Source of the DNA: an uncultured Bacilli bacterium
GTDB taxonomy: Bacteria > Bacillota_I > Bacilli_A > RF39 > UBA660
Reading direction: 5' to 3'
NCBI GenBank assembly: GCA_944329365.1
Contig: CALVIC010000004.1
Location: forward strand, 1-62,916
DNA length: 62,916 nt
Position 1 is the first letter of the stretch. Each line of letters begins with the position of its first letter. This document shows positions 1 to 9,106 of this stretch, in pieces. A program made the position numbers and the translations under genes. The notes beneath the pieces were generated by a model, which had not been told where the DNA came from, ran no database searches, and worked only from the letters and a program-made list of their open reading frames with translations.

Positions 1-77
1 AGTTTTGAATCTATACGTTAAAGATCAATTTACTTTGATATTTACGGATAAACATGCTAATTTTATATTGACAATTG

Positions 78-107
78 TTGACATTTCTTGGCTTTTAGGG
101 GTATAAT
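78..107 (+). promoter_or_regulatory. sigma-A-type promoter candidate
   Basis: TTGACA (78-83), 18-nt spacer, TATAAT (102-107), about 25 nt upstream of the ATG at 133. Confidence 0.5.
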
Positions 108-132
108 TATGATTAGATAAGCGGGTGACGGA

Positions 133-1341
133 ATGCAAGAGAATAAAACAGTGATGTTGACACCAGAAATTGTAAGGTGGTTGTCAAGTAAACTTAAACC
201 AAAGAGTTGTGATTACATTGTTTCACAAAACCGTGAAGTATATATTAAGAAGCCTAATAGTAATGCGTGGCATGTTGTGGAAATCCCTCAGATTTCTAAA
301 GATTCAGACAATTTACAAAGGGATTCAGAACTTTTTCAACATGCATGGTTAAAAGTATTTATGTATGCCAAAAATTATTTGGAAACGGTTGTTAAAATTG
401 TTTGTCTGAATAAGAATTTGGTTTCGTCATCAATTATGCCTGAGGTTTTAACTTTTGGTAATCAAATTCAAGTAGGATATGAAAGTTTTAAAGTTCCCCA
501 AGAAGAAGATATCGTTAATTATATGGAAACGCTTGATAAAATTGTTTCTTCATATAATAATTTAGTGGCTAAGATGAAAAAAAACGAGGGGGTAAATGTT
601 CATCAGTCCAGCGTGACTATTGGAAGGGAAGAGCCTGTTTTAAGTCATATTCAAGAAAAAGAGGAGACAAAAGTTCAAGAAAATACTTCTTTGGATTTAG
701 TTATTCGCAAAGTTACGGACGATTATGCTTTAGATGATATTGATTTCAGTAAATTTAGAGAAGATAATGTCGATTTATTATTTGTTCCTTGTCAAGACTG
801 GAAGAGAAAAAGTGATAAGCTATTTGTTCAGAATGTCGAGAGATGTAAGAGAGAAGGTTTTTCAGTTGGAACTTTTGTCTATGGTAAAGCAATAGATGAT
901 GATATGATTGTTAGCGAAGTAAAGAAAGTATATGAGTTATTAGATAGGGTTAAAGATTCGACTACAAATTTAGTCATTTATGCAGTAGATGATAATTATA
1001 TTAAAGATAATGCTGAAGATGAGACAAAAATTATTAAGTTTATCGAAATGTATTTAAAATTTCCTAAGGAATTAAACAATTTTGGTTACGAGACAATTAT
1101 TTCGATGGATATAGACAGTAAAAAAATAATTGACGATGTTATTCAAAAATTTGATTTAGTAAGTGATATTCCGGTTATATATACGGTTATGCCAAAGGAG
1201 AAGGAAAATATTTCTTCTGATGAGTCAGTAATAGTCATCGATCCTAGGAAAGAACATGACGATGTGGTTATTAAAAACGAAAATTTAATTAGAGATATCG
1301 ATAACCAAATTTTAAATAAGCAACATGTTTTAACAGTTTAA
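133..1341 (+). CDS. hypothetical protein; C-terminal half looks like a degenerate GH25 (lysozyme-like) TIM barrel
   Basis: 402-aa ORF downstream of a consensus promoter, with no signal peptide. Residues ~200-330 (DDIDFSKF...GFSVGTFVYG...LVIYAVDDN) parallel the GIDVSKYQ...GIPVGVYLYS...LPVYYDIED pattern of the true GH25 at 26387, but the DxE acid pair is changed. Confidence 0.6.
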   Translation: MQENKTVMLTPEIVRWLSSKLKPKSCDYIVSQNREVYIKKPNSNAWHVVEIPQISKDSDNLQRDSELFQHAWLKVFMYAKNYLETVVKIVCLNKNLVSSSIMPEVLTFGNQIQVGYESFKVPQEEDIVNYMETLDKIVSSYNNLVAKMKKNEGVNVHQSSVTIGREEPVLSHIQEKEETKVQENTSLDLVIRKVTDDYALDDIDFSKFREDNVDLLFVPCQDWKRKSDKLFVQNVERCKREGFSVGTFVYGKAIDDDMIVSEVKKVYELLDRVKDSTTNLVIYAVDDNYIKDNAEDETKIIKFIEMYLKFPKELNNFGYETIISMDIDSKKIIDDVIQKFDLVSDIPVIYTVMPKEKENISSDESVIVIDPRKEHDDVVIKNENLIRDIDNQILNKQHVLTV

Positions 1342-1428
1342 ATTAGAAAAATGTGGGAAATTTTGTGATTAGAAGTAATTATAAGTTTTTTATAATTATT
1401 TTTAGTATAATGAAGACAAGGTGATACA

Positions 1429-3705
1429 ATGCTTAAATTAAAAAATATAAAAAAAGGCTATAAAACTGGAAATTTTATTCAACATGCTTTAAAAAATATA
1501 AGCGTTTCTTTTAGAAAAGATGAGTTCGTGGCTATTTTAGGTCCTTCAGGTTCAGGGAAAACAACTTTACTTAATATTATTGGTGGTTTAGATAGATACG
1601 ATAGTGGCGATTTGATTATCGATGGTAAAAGTACTAAAGGTTTTAAAGATAAGGATTGGGATGCTTATCGTAATCATGCAGTGGGTTTTATTTTTCAAAG
1701 TTATAATTTGATTTCACATATTTCGGTTTTAGAAAATGTGGAAATGGGAATGACTTTGAGTGGAATTTCAGCTGCGGAAAGAAAGAGGAAGGCTTTAGAA
1801 CTTTTAGAAAAGGTTGGTTTAAAAGATCACGCTCATAAAAAGCCAAATCAACTTTCTGGAGGACAGATGCAGAGAGTTGCGATTGCTAGAGCTTTGGCTA
1901 ATGATCCGAAAATTATTTTGGCTGATGAACCAACCGGAGCTTTAGACAGTAAAACAAGCACACAAATAATGGAATTAATTAAAGAAATCGCAAAGGACAA
2001 GTTAGTTATTATGGTTACTCATAATGCAGAACTTGCTAAAGATTATGCATCTAGAATTGTATCGATGAAGGATGGTGTTATTTTAGATGATACAGATCCA
2101 TATGACGATAAAAATAAAAAAAGCGGAGAGCTTTCTATTAAAAAGACTTCAATGAGTTTGTTTTCAGCTTTAAAGCTTTCTTTTAATAATATTAGAACCA
2201 AAAAAGGAAGAACGGCTTTAACAGCTTTTGCATCAAGTATCGGAATTATTGGAATTGCTTTAATTTTATCTTTGTCGAATGGTTTTAATAAGGAGGTTGA
2301 AGAATTCGAGGAGAATTCTTTAGCGCAATCACCAATTATTATTACTAATGAAACAGTACAAATGGATGAAGATACCTTAAAAGCTCTGAATCGTGATAGT
2401 GATTTAGAAGAATATACCAATAAGGATATGGTTTATACGCAAGATGACTTGAGCGAAACACTTATTCATCAAAATAATATTACAGAAGATTATGTTAATT
2501 ATTTAGAGAAGATAAATAAGGACGATGTGGCTGGGGTTTCTTATATGAGGGGAACGAATATTCAGCTTATCGAGAAAAGTGATGGCTACAATTTAGTCTC
2601 TATCGGTTCAAGTGGTTCAGTTAGTACGGGTATGGGTATGCTTCCAGAGGGAAATATAGTCGATAATAATTACGATGTAATTGCCGGTGGCCTCGATAAT
2701 GAACCTGGTTTAATTTTACAAGTTGATAGTAAGAATAGAGTTTCTGCTCGAATTTTGAAGGCTTTAGGTTTTTATGATGAAGAAACTAATTTTGAGGATA
2801 TTTTAAATAAGGAATTTAAGATACCGATAAATGATGAATATTATCAAAAACAAGGTAATTATTTTGTGCCAACAACCGATTTAGAAAAAGTTTATAATAG
2901 TGATGATAGTATTTCTGTTAAGATAAAGGCAATTATCAGAGGTAGGGAAGATAAAAAGGTTGTTACTGATACAAGTTCACTTTATTATAATTCTTCTTTA
3001 GCAGATGAGGTTATTTCTAAAAATAAGGATTCAGAGATTGTAAGAGCTCAGAGGGAGGCTGAATATAATGTTTTAACCCATCAGGCTTTCGATGAAAATA
3101 CGACTAAGGAAAACATTTTGGGCTATCTAGGTGGGGATACATTACCTGTAGCGATATATATTTATCCAAAAGATTTTGAAACTAAAGATAATATTACTAA
3201 TTATTTAGATGATTATAATAAGGGTAAGGATGAGAAAGATATTATCCAATATACGGATATGGCCGGAATGATTTCATCTTTATCAGGCAATATAATGGAC
3301 GCAATTACGATTGTTTTGATTGCTTTTTCTTCGATATCTTTAATAGTTTCTTCAATTATGATTGGAATTATTACTTATATTTCAGTTTTGGAGAGAACAA
3401 AAGAAATTGGTATTTTAAGGTCACTTGGAGCTAGACGGAAAGATATTAAGAGAGTATTTAATGCTGAAACGTTTATTATCGGAATCTTTTCCGGTTTACT
3501 TGGAGTAGGAATTGCTTATGCTCTTACTTTCCCAGTAAATATAATAATTGAAAACTTATCAGGTTTAGCTGGAGTTGCCAAATTAAATCCAGTTCATGCT
3601 TTAATACTTATTTTAGTAAGTCTTACTTTGACAATTATTGGCGGAGCGATACCAGCTAATATGGCGTCTAAGAAAGATCCGGTTATCGCACTTAGAACGG
3701 AGTAG
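1429..3705 (+). CDS. ABC transporter, fused ATP-binding domain and FtsX/MacB-type permease
   Basis: Walker A GPSGSGKTT, signature LSGGQMQR, Walker B ILADEPTGALD. A large extracytoplasmic domain is followed by C-terminal FtsX-like TM helices. RBS AAGGTGA. Confidence 0.9.
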   Translation: MLKLKNIKKGYKTGNFIQHALKNISVSFRKDEFVAILGPSGSGKTTLLNIIGGLDRYDSGDLIIDGKSTKGFKDKDWDAYRNHAVGFIFQSYNLISHISVLENVEMGMTLSGISAAERKRKALELLEKVGLKDHAHKKPNQLSGGQMQRVAIARALANDPKIILADEPTGALDSKTSTQIMELIKEIAKDKLVIMVTHNAELAKDYASRIVSMKDGVILDDTDPYDDKNKKSGELSIKKTSMSLFSALKLSFNNIRTKKGRTALTAFASSIGIIGIALILSLSNGFNKEVEEFEENSLAQSPIIITNETVQMDEDTLKALNRDSDLEEYTNKDMVYTQDDLSETLIHQNNITEDYVNYLEKINKDDVAGVSYMRGTNIQLIEKSDGYNLVSIGSSGSVSTGMGMLPEGNIVDNNYDVIAGGLDNEPGLILQVDSKNRVSARILKALGFYDEETNFEDILNKEFKIPINDEYYQKQGNYFVPTTDLEKVYNSDDSISVKIKAIIRGREDKKVVTDTSSLYYNSSLADEVISKNKDSEIVRAQREAEYNVLTHQAFDENTTKENILGYLGGDTLPVAIYIYPKDFETKDNITNYLDDYNKGKDEKDIIQYTDMAGMISSLSGNIMDAITIVLIAFSSISLIVSSIMIGIITYISVLERTKEIGILRSLGARRKDIKRVFNAETFIIGIFSGLLGVGIAYALTFPVNIIIENLSGLAGVAKLNPVHALILILVSLTLTIIGGAIPANMASKKDPVIALRTE

Positions 3706-3709
3706 ATAT

Positions 3710-4186
3710 ATGAAGACAGATATAGTTATTAAAAATTTGACTAAAAAGAAAATGACAATTAGTACGATGGAGTCTTGCACAGGAGGGGCTTTAGTTAGTG
3801 AGATAACTAGAGTTCCTGGGGCAAGCGTAGTTTTGAAATATAGTGCGGTTACTTATGCAAATGAATTTAAGGTAAAAATGGGTGTATCTAAAGAAGTAAT
3901 CGATAAATATACAGTTTACAGTCCAGAGGTAGCTAGAGAAATGGCTTATCATATAAGTGATTTTACGGATAGTGATTTTGGAGTTGGAATTACAGGAAAG
4001 TTTAATAGGGAAGATCCTTATAATAAAACAGGTGAAAATGATAAGGTTTATATAAGTATTTATGATAAAAATAAAAATACTTATACAGATTTAAGTACTT
4101 ATGTGACGAGTGATGACAGAAGGATTTGTAAGGATGAAGTGGTTTCTTTAGTTATCGATAAGCTTGCACAATTAACTGAAATTTAG
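3710..4186 (+). CDS. CinA-family C-terminal domain protein (nicotinamide-nucleotide amidohydrolase PncC-like)
   Basis: TMESCTGGALVSEIT motif typical of the CinA/PncC domain. I chose the ATG at 3710 because the track start at 3638 lies inside the upstream ABC gene. Confidence 0.75.
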   Translation: MKTDIVIKNLTKKKMTISTMESCTGGALVSEITRVPGASVVLKYSAVTYANEFKVKMGVSKEVIDKYTVYSPEVAREMAYHISDFTDSDFGVGITGKFNREDPYNKTGENDKVYISIYDKNKNTYTDLSTYVTSDDRRICKDEVVSLVIDKLAQLTEI

Positions 4187-4213
4187 GTTTCAGTTTTTTT
4201 AGAAGGTGATTTG

Positions 4214-4573
4214 ATGAATTTAGATTATTTATTTTATAGACTTAGTAAATCAAAGTTTAGAAGTAAGTTTCATTTAAACAGTAAAGATATCGATTATATT
4301 AATAAAAAGGGAATGGATAAAATAAGAGAGCATGCATACGATTTTGTTTCACAAAGGCTTGGACCTGAGGTTATTTCAAACGATGGCAAGCAAACACCAT
4401 GGAGGGGTCATCCGGTGTTTGTTGCTCAGCATGCTACTGGGTGTTGCTGCAGAGGATGTCTTGAGAAGTGGCATGGAATTAAAAAAGGACATAAGCTTAA
4501 TGATAGAGAAATTAATTATGTCGTGTCAGTAATTATGGAATATATTAGAAGAGAATACGAAAAAAAGTCTTGA
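4214..4573 (+). CDS. DUF4186-like protein
   Basis: GHPVFVAQHATGCCCRGCLEKWHGI cysteine motif; RBS AGAAGGTGA; followed by a terminator. Confidence 0.7.
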   Translation: MNLDYLFYRLSKSKFRSKFHLNSKDIDYINKKGMDKIREHAYDFVSQRLGPEVISNDGKQTPWRGHPVFVAQHATGCCCRGCLEKWHGIKKGHKLNDREINYVVSVIMEYIRREYEKKS

Positions 4574-4590
4574 TGTTTCAAGACTTTTAA
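4566..4590 (+). terminator. rho-independent terminator
   Basis: 8-bp stem AGTCTTGA / TCAAGACT with loop TGTT, then TTTT. Confidence 0.7.
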
Positions 4591-4599
4591 TTTCATAAT

Positions 4600-4675
4600 T
4601 GGTGTCCCCTTGGGGGCTCGAACCCCAGACCCACTGATTAAGAGTCAGTTGCTCTACCAACTGAGCTAAGGAGAC
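4600..4675 (-). tRNA. tRNA-Lys (anticodon CTT)
   Basis: Reverse complement folds as a cloverleaf: acceptor GTCTCCT/AGGGGAC, anticodon loop CT-CTT-AA, TTCGAGC T-loop, encoded CCA. Confidence 0.9.
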
Positions 4676-4693
4676 AATTTCCTTTTCACATGT

Positions 4694-4705
4694 ATAATTA
4701 TATCA
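4694..4705 (-). promoter_or_regulatory. extended -10 promoter candidate for tRNA-Lys
   Basis: The minus strand reads TGATATAAT (TGnTATAAT), about 22 nt upstream of the tRNA 5' end. Confidence 0.4.
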
Positions 4706-5060
4706 TATTTTTTGAAAAAATCTAGTAAAAATTTTAAGAAAGTACAATATCTGTGAATTTTGTTTGTTTTTATAGTGAGTTTTATGTGTTAGATGGTGTG
4801 CATAGTATAATAAATTTATAGGGTTTGAAATGAGGCTTCAAGATGGGAGATTTTGTGAGAGTTATAGTAATGGCTGCGCGATGAGAATAAATATATTCCG
4901 AATTATATGGTAAATGTTATTTATGAATTTTGTGATAAAAAAAGAAAAAGTTATTTTATAAATTAGTGAAGTAACTTTTTATTATATTTTGAAAATAACT
5001 TGCTTTTATGATTCATATGTAATATTATTAAATTAGATATTTAGTTTGGAGTGAAAATAT

Positions 5061-5642
5061 TTGAAAAAAATTGATGTTTATGATTTTGATGGAACTATTT
5101 ATGATGGAGATAGTACAGTAGATTTTTTTAAATACAGTTTAAAAAGAAACCGAAAAATATTTCCTTTTTGTTTTAAAATACTTTGTAATGGAATTTTAAT
5201 GGGATTACATGTGATCGATTTGACAGAATTTAAAGATAGATTTTTAAGGTTTGTCAGATATATTCCGGATATTGATGATTATTTAGATGATTTTTGGAAA
5301 AGAAATGAAAAGAAGATTTGTCAGTATTTTTTAGATAATATGAAAAACAAGAAAGATACTTATATTATTTCGGCATCACCTGAGTTTATTATCAAGCCTT
5401 TTGCAGATAAGTTTAAAAATGTCGTGCTAATTGGAACGGATGCGGATAAGAAGAGTGGTAAGATAAATGGCCGAAATTGCAAAGGTGAAGAGAAGATAAA
5501 ACGGCTTAATAAAGTTATAAAGGATTATGAGATAGAAAATTTTTATTCGGATTCAACTAAGGCAGATTTACCACTTTTTAAATTAGCTAGAAATGGTTTT
5601 GTGGTTAAGCATGGAGTTTTAAGTGAATTTAGGGAGAAATAG
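5061..5642 (+). CDS. HAD-superfamily hydrolase (HAD-IB / SerB-like phosphatase)
   Basis: N-terminal DxDxT motif (YDFDGTIYDGDS), later SASPEF and a C-terminal D motif. TTG start with RBS GGAGTG. Confidence 0.75.
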   Translation: MKKIDVYDFDGTIYDGDSTVDFFKYSLKRNRKIFPFCFKILCNGILMGLHVIDLTEFKDRFLRFVRYIPDIDDYLDDFWKRNEKKICQYFLDNMKNKKDTYIISASPEFIIKPFADKFKNVVLIGTDADKKSGKINGRNCKGEEKIKRLNKVIKDYEIENFYSDSTKADLPLFKLARNGFVVKHGVLSEFREK

Positions 5643-5645
5643 TTT

Positions 5646-6395
5646 ATGAAGAAGAATTTAGAGAGTGTTTTGGAATTACTTAATTATCAGGTTGTAATGA
5701 ACGAGGGTAATGTTGTTTTGATCAATATGATTAATGGAAATATTATGCCGGCAAAAATGCGAAAAGATGGTTGCTGTCTGTATAATTTGGGAAGTAAGCT
5801 TGTTATTGTATGGCACGATGATGAGGTTACGGCAATCGATATTATTAATGACGATAAGACGATTAATTTTTGTTATGAGAACGATTATTTAAATTTGTCT
5901 TGTGAAAGTTTATCCGATAATGGAGATTATTTAGCTAGGCTTTCTTTAAACAATGAGACTATTCAGGCTGATTTAAAGGTTAACGATTATGATACATATG
6001 TAGGTTATACTGATGGAAAGGTAGCCTCTGATTTAGAAAAGACGAATTTAGAATATGTCAGCTTTAACGGGAAAGATTATGATACTGTTTTTTTAGAAGA
6101 ATTTGGTAAAGATGCATTTTTAATGAGAAATAGTTTAGAGAATACAGAGATAACGACGAGTAAATGGGCAATAAACTATGGCCGAAGTTTTATTTTTAGT
6201 GATGATATTCGGAGTCATATTGGAAAGGTGTTCAAGGAGTTTGAAAAAGAGATTCCAGGAATTACGGATTTGCTTTCTAAAAGATTTGTTATGACTGGTT
6301 TATGGCGAGATGTTTATAAAGCTTTTGAAAATTCTGAGATGAAGACGAATATTAAAAAGATGGGGAAAAATTTCGTTAAAGAAAAAAAGTATTAG
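5646..6395 (+). CDS. hypothetical protein
   Basis: 249-aa ORF with RBS GGGAGAAA, 3 nt after the HAD gene. No motif recognised. Confidence 0.65.
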   Translation: MKKNLESVLELLNYQVVMNEGNVVLINMINGNIMPAKMRKDGCCLYNLGSKLVIVWHDDEVTAIDIINDDKTINFCYENDYLNLSCESLSDNGDYLARLSLNNETIQADLKVNDYDTYVGYTDGKVASDLEKTNLEYVSFNGKDYDTVFLEEFGKDAFLMRNSLENTEITTSKWAINYGRSFIFSDDIRSHIGKVFKEFEKEIPGITDLLSKRFVMTGLWRDVYKAFENSEMKTNIKKMGKNFVKEKKY

Positions 6396-6466
6396 TATTT
6401 ATAAGATATTTATTTAATATTAAGAACATGACTTTTTAAAAAAATAAAAAAATTTCGTAAAAATAC

Positions 6467-6495
6467 TTGTCAAGAAAAAGAAAATAGGTTATACT
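6467..6495 (+). promoter_or_regulatory. sigma-A-type promoter for the tRNA cluster
   Basis: TTGTCA (6467-6472), 17-nt spacer, TATACT (6490-6495), about 20 nt upstream of tRNA-Ile. Confidence 0.6.
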
Positions 6496-6516
6496 TAGAG
6501 AGTCATGTGACATAAT

Positions 6517-6593
<77 letters not shown>

Positions 6594-6599
6594 TTATTT

Positions 6600-6675
6600 G
6601 GCCTGTTGGTGAAGCGGTTAACACACATGCCTTTCACGCATGGATTCATGGGTTCAAATCCCGTACAGGTCACCA
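6600..6675 (+). tRNA. tRNA-Glu (anticodon TTC)
   Basis: GGCCTGTTGGTGAAGCGGTTAACAC..., anticodon loop CT-TTC-AC, encoded CCA. Confidence 0.9.
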
Positions 6676-6699
6676 ATTTTGTAATTAATAATTTTTATA

Positions 6700-6960
6700 T
6701 AAATACGTTGAAGTGGAGGAGTAATATAAGTGTCTGCTTAGAGAGAGCTAGAGTGGGTGGAAGCTAGTAGTAAGGCTTATATGAATAACACCACAGAGTT
6801 ACTTATTCGAAGCTTTTAGTAGATTAAGTCGGCTGTAATCCGTTACCATATTATATGTTTCAGAAAGATGGAAACTATAGAGTGATCACATTTTTGTGAT
6901 AAATAAGGTGGTACCGCGAATTGCAGTTATTCGTCCTTACGGATGTTTAACTGCTTTTTG
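6700..6960 (+). promoter_or_regulatory. T-box riboswitch leader, specifier AAC (Asn)
   Basis: Stem I has an AGAGAG bulge and a GGTGGAA distal loop. The specifier loop is 5' AGGAGTA / 3' GAATAACA next to the GTGG/CCAC helix, with AAC at 6787-6789 followed by A. T-box sequence AAGGTGGTACCGCG at ~6906-6919. Terminator hairpin GCAGTTA...TAACTGC (6923-6954) followed by TTTTT. Confidence 0.85.
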
Positions 6961-6972
6961 TTTAAATCTTAT

Positions 6973-7048
6973 GCTTGATTAGCTCAGTTGGTAGAGCAAG
7001 CGGCTGTTAACCGCTGGGTCGTAGGTTCGAGTCCTACATCAAGCGCCA
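6973..7048 (+). tRNA. tRNA-Asn (anticodon GTT), copy 1
   Basis: Acceptor GCTTGAT/ATCAAGC, D-loop AGTTGG variant, anticodon loop CT-GTT-AA, discriminator G, encoded CCA. Confidence 0.95.
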
Positions 7049-7056
7049 CTTTATTT

Positions 7057-7132
7057 GCTTGATTAGCTCAGTCGGTAGAGCAAGCGGCTGTTAACCGCTG
7101 GGTCGTAGGTTCGAGTCCTACATCAAGCGCCA
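7057..7132 (+). tRNA. tRNA-Asn (anticodon GTT), copy 2
   Basis: Same as copy 1 except the D-loop reads AGTCGG. Confidence 0.95.
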
Positions 7133-7142
7133 CTTTATTTTT

Positions 7143-7218
7143 GCTTGATTAGCTCAGTTGGTAGAGCAAGCGGCTGTTAACCGCTGGGTCGTAGGTTCGA
7201 GTCCTACATCAAGCGCCA
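7143..7218 (+). tRNA. tRNA-Asn (anticodon GTT), copy 3
   Basis: Identical to copy 1 (AGTTGG D-loop). Confidence 0.95.
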
Positions 7219-7226
7219 CTTTATTT

Positions 7227-7302
7227 GCTTGATTAGCTCAGTCGGTAGAGCAAGCGGCTGTTAACCGCTGGGTCGTAGGTTCGAGTCCTACATCAAGCGC
7301 CA
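7227..7302 (+). tRNA. tRNA-Asn (anticodon GTT), copy 4
   Basis: Identical to copy 2 (AGTCGG D-loop). Confidence 0.95.
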
Positions 7303-7351
7303 TCTTTTTTTGTATGTTTTAAAAAATTATATAGATGTGGAGGAATAGTTT

Positions 7352-7648
7352 ATGCAGAAGTTTACTAAGGAAATGGTTGACGATTATGCAGATAAACTGC
7401 TAATTGGTTTAACGGAAGAGGAAAATAAAATGGTTTTAGATGAATTTGAGGTTATCGATGCGACTATCGATATGATTAATGAAATTCCAAATATCGAAAA
7501 TGTTGAACCGATGACGCATGCTTTAGATGATTTTGAATATGTGCTTAGAGAAGATGAGCCGGAAGAGTCTGTGCCGATTGAAGATTTACTTGCTAACTGC
7601 GATGATCATACAGATAGAGAAGTACAAGTACCAAGGATGGTGGGTTAA
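7352..7648 (+). CDS. gatC: Asp-tRNA(Asn)/Glu-tRNA(Gln) amidotransferase subunit C
   Basis: 98 aa, immediately upstream of gatA and gatB, typical GatC sequence (VEPMTHALD); RBS GGAGGAA. Confidence 0.9.
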   Translation: MQKFTKEMVDDYADKLLIGLTEEENKMVLDEFEVIDATIDMINEIPNIENVEPMTHALDDFEYVLREDEPEESVPIEDLLANCDDHTDREVQVPRMVG

Positions 7649-9106
7649 ATGAGTTATATGGATAAGAGTATCGAAGAGATACATGAAGCTTTGAAGAAAG
7701 GTTTAGTTACAAGTGAGGAACTTGTGAAGGAATCTTTAGAAAAATCACATTTTGTTCAAGATAAATGTAATGCATTTGTGACTATTTTAGATGAGGCGAA
7801 AGGAACAGAGGTTACAGATAGTCTTTTATCTGGAATTCCTTATGGGGTTAAGGATAACTATAGTACCAAAGGTGTTTTAAGTACGGGATCATCTAATACT
7901 TTAAAGGATTATGTTCCATTTTTCTCAGCTACAGCTATCGATAATTTAAGTAAGGCCGGAGCAGTTATGGTTAACAAGACGGTTTTAGACGAGTTTGGTA
8001 TGGGTGGAACCGGAACAACTGGACATACTGGAGTGGTTACAAATCCGTGGGATCATACGAGAATGTGTGCGGGTTCGTCAGCTGGTTCAGCGGCAGCGGT
8101 TGCAGCCGGTGTTTATCCTTATGCGACTGGTAGTGATACCGGAGATTCTATTAGAAAGCCGGCGGCTTACTGTGGTATTGTCGGATATAAGCCAACTTAT
8201 GGAATGATTTCAAGATATGGACTATTTCCTTTTGCTAGTAGTTTAGATCACTGCGGCGTTTTAACGAGAAGTGTTAGAGATGCGGCAATCGTAACTGATG
8301 CGATGAAGGGAATTGATAAGAACGATATGACCTCTTGGGATTCTAAGAATGTTCATCTACTAGATTCTTTAGATGGTAAGGTTTCTTCAAAAAAGCTTTG
8401 TTATATTAAAGAAATTTGTGATATTAAAAATTATCCAAACGCTTCTGATGAACTAAAACGTCATTTAGAAAATTTCATGAAGACTATAGATTTATGTAAA
8501 TCACTTGGAATGGAAGTAGACGAAGTTTCAGTTGATGAGACTTTGCTTAAGGCTTCACCGGCCACTTATGTCGTTATTTCATGTGCGGAAGCGACTTCAA
8601 ATATGTCTAATTTAACAGGATTTATTTTTGGTCCACGAGCTTCTGGAGATAAATGGGATGAAGAGATGAAAAACTACAGAACTAAAGGCTTTTCTCCACT
8701 TATTAAGAGAAGATTTGTCATTGGCTCTTATGTTCTGCAGGCACAAAATAAAGATCGTTACTTCCACAATGCTCAAAGGGTTAGAAGACTTTTAGTTGAC
8801 GAGTGGAAAAAGCTATTTGAAAAGTACGATGCAGTTATTTTACCGGTTGGCTCAGGTCCGGCTAAGAAGCTTGAAGGTTCTAAAGATGCTTTAGATAAGA
8901 ATACGGCTATTTTAGAGGATCATTTACAAATTGGTAATTTTGGTGGTTTTCCTTCTATTACGATTCCTAATGGATTTATAGATGGCCTTCCAGTTGGTGT
9001 TAATATAACTGGTAATTGTTATGAAGATGAGAAGGTTTTGAATATCGCTTATGCTTTAGAAGGAGCGATGGACTATAAAGGTCAAATTTGCAAGGAGGTG
9101 CGTTAA
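7649..9106 (+). CDS. gatA: Asp-tRNA(Asn)/Glu-tRNA(Gln) amidotransferase subunit A
   Basis: Amidase signature (GSSAGSAAAVAAG, GSDTGDSIRKPA); start abuts the gatC stop. Confidence 0.95.
   Translation: MSYMDKSIEEIHEALKKGLVTSEELVKESLEKSHFVQDKCNAFVTILDEAKGTEVTDSLLSGIPYGVKDNYSTKGVLSTGSSNTLKDYVPFFSATAIDNLSKAGAVMVNKTVLDEFGMGGTGTTGHTGVVTNPWDHTRMCAGSSAGSAAAVAAGVYPYATGSDTGDSIRKPAAYCGIVGYKPTYGMISRYGLFPFASSLDHCGVLTRSVRDAAIVTDAMKGIDKNDMTSWDSKNVHLLDSLDGKVSSKKLCYIKEICDIKNYPNASDELKRHLENFMKTIDLCKSLGMEVDEVSVDETLLKASPATYVVISCAEATSNMSNLTGFIFGPRASGDKWDEEMKNYRTKGFSPLIKRRFVIGSYVLQAQNKDRYFHNAQRVRRLLVDEWKKLFEKYDAVILPVGSGPAKKLEGSKDALDKNTAILEDHLQIGNFGGFPSITIPNGFIDGLPVGVNITGNCYEDEKVLNIAYALEGAMDYKGQICKEVR

Larger units (their letters stand above)
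6973..7312 (+). repeat. tandem duplication: 2 x 170-bp unit, each holding two tRNA-Asn variants
   Basis: Copy starts at 6973, 7057, 7143 and 7227. The two D-loop variants alternate (TTGG, TCGG, TTGG, TCGG). Spacers are CTTTATTT or CTTTATTTTT. Confidence 0.9.

Noticed and set aside
3638-3709. Upstream extension of the CinA-like ORF, and similar 5' extensions at 14707, 19664, 20361, 27676, 30363, 40612, 49531, 58402 and 59473.
   Set aside because: The extensions overlap the preceding gene, a terminator or a T-box leader. An internal ATG with a proper Shine-Dalgarno sequence exists in each case.
4830-4913. 27-codon ORF (MRLQDGRFCESYSNGCAMRINIFRIIW) and a possible regulatory RNA in the 370-bp gap between tRNA-Lys and the HAD gene.
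   Set aside because: There is no RBS, no terminator, and no recognisable riboswitch motif or stable structure. I cannot support any feature here beyond the divergent promoters.
6973-7312. Regularly spaced 76-nt repeats with ~8-nt spacers that could be mistaken for a CRISPR-like or satellite array.
   Set aside because: Each repeat folds as a complete tRNA-Asn cloverleaf. The spacers are far too short for CRISPR, and no cas genes are present.
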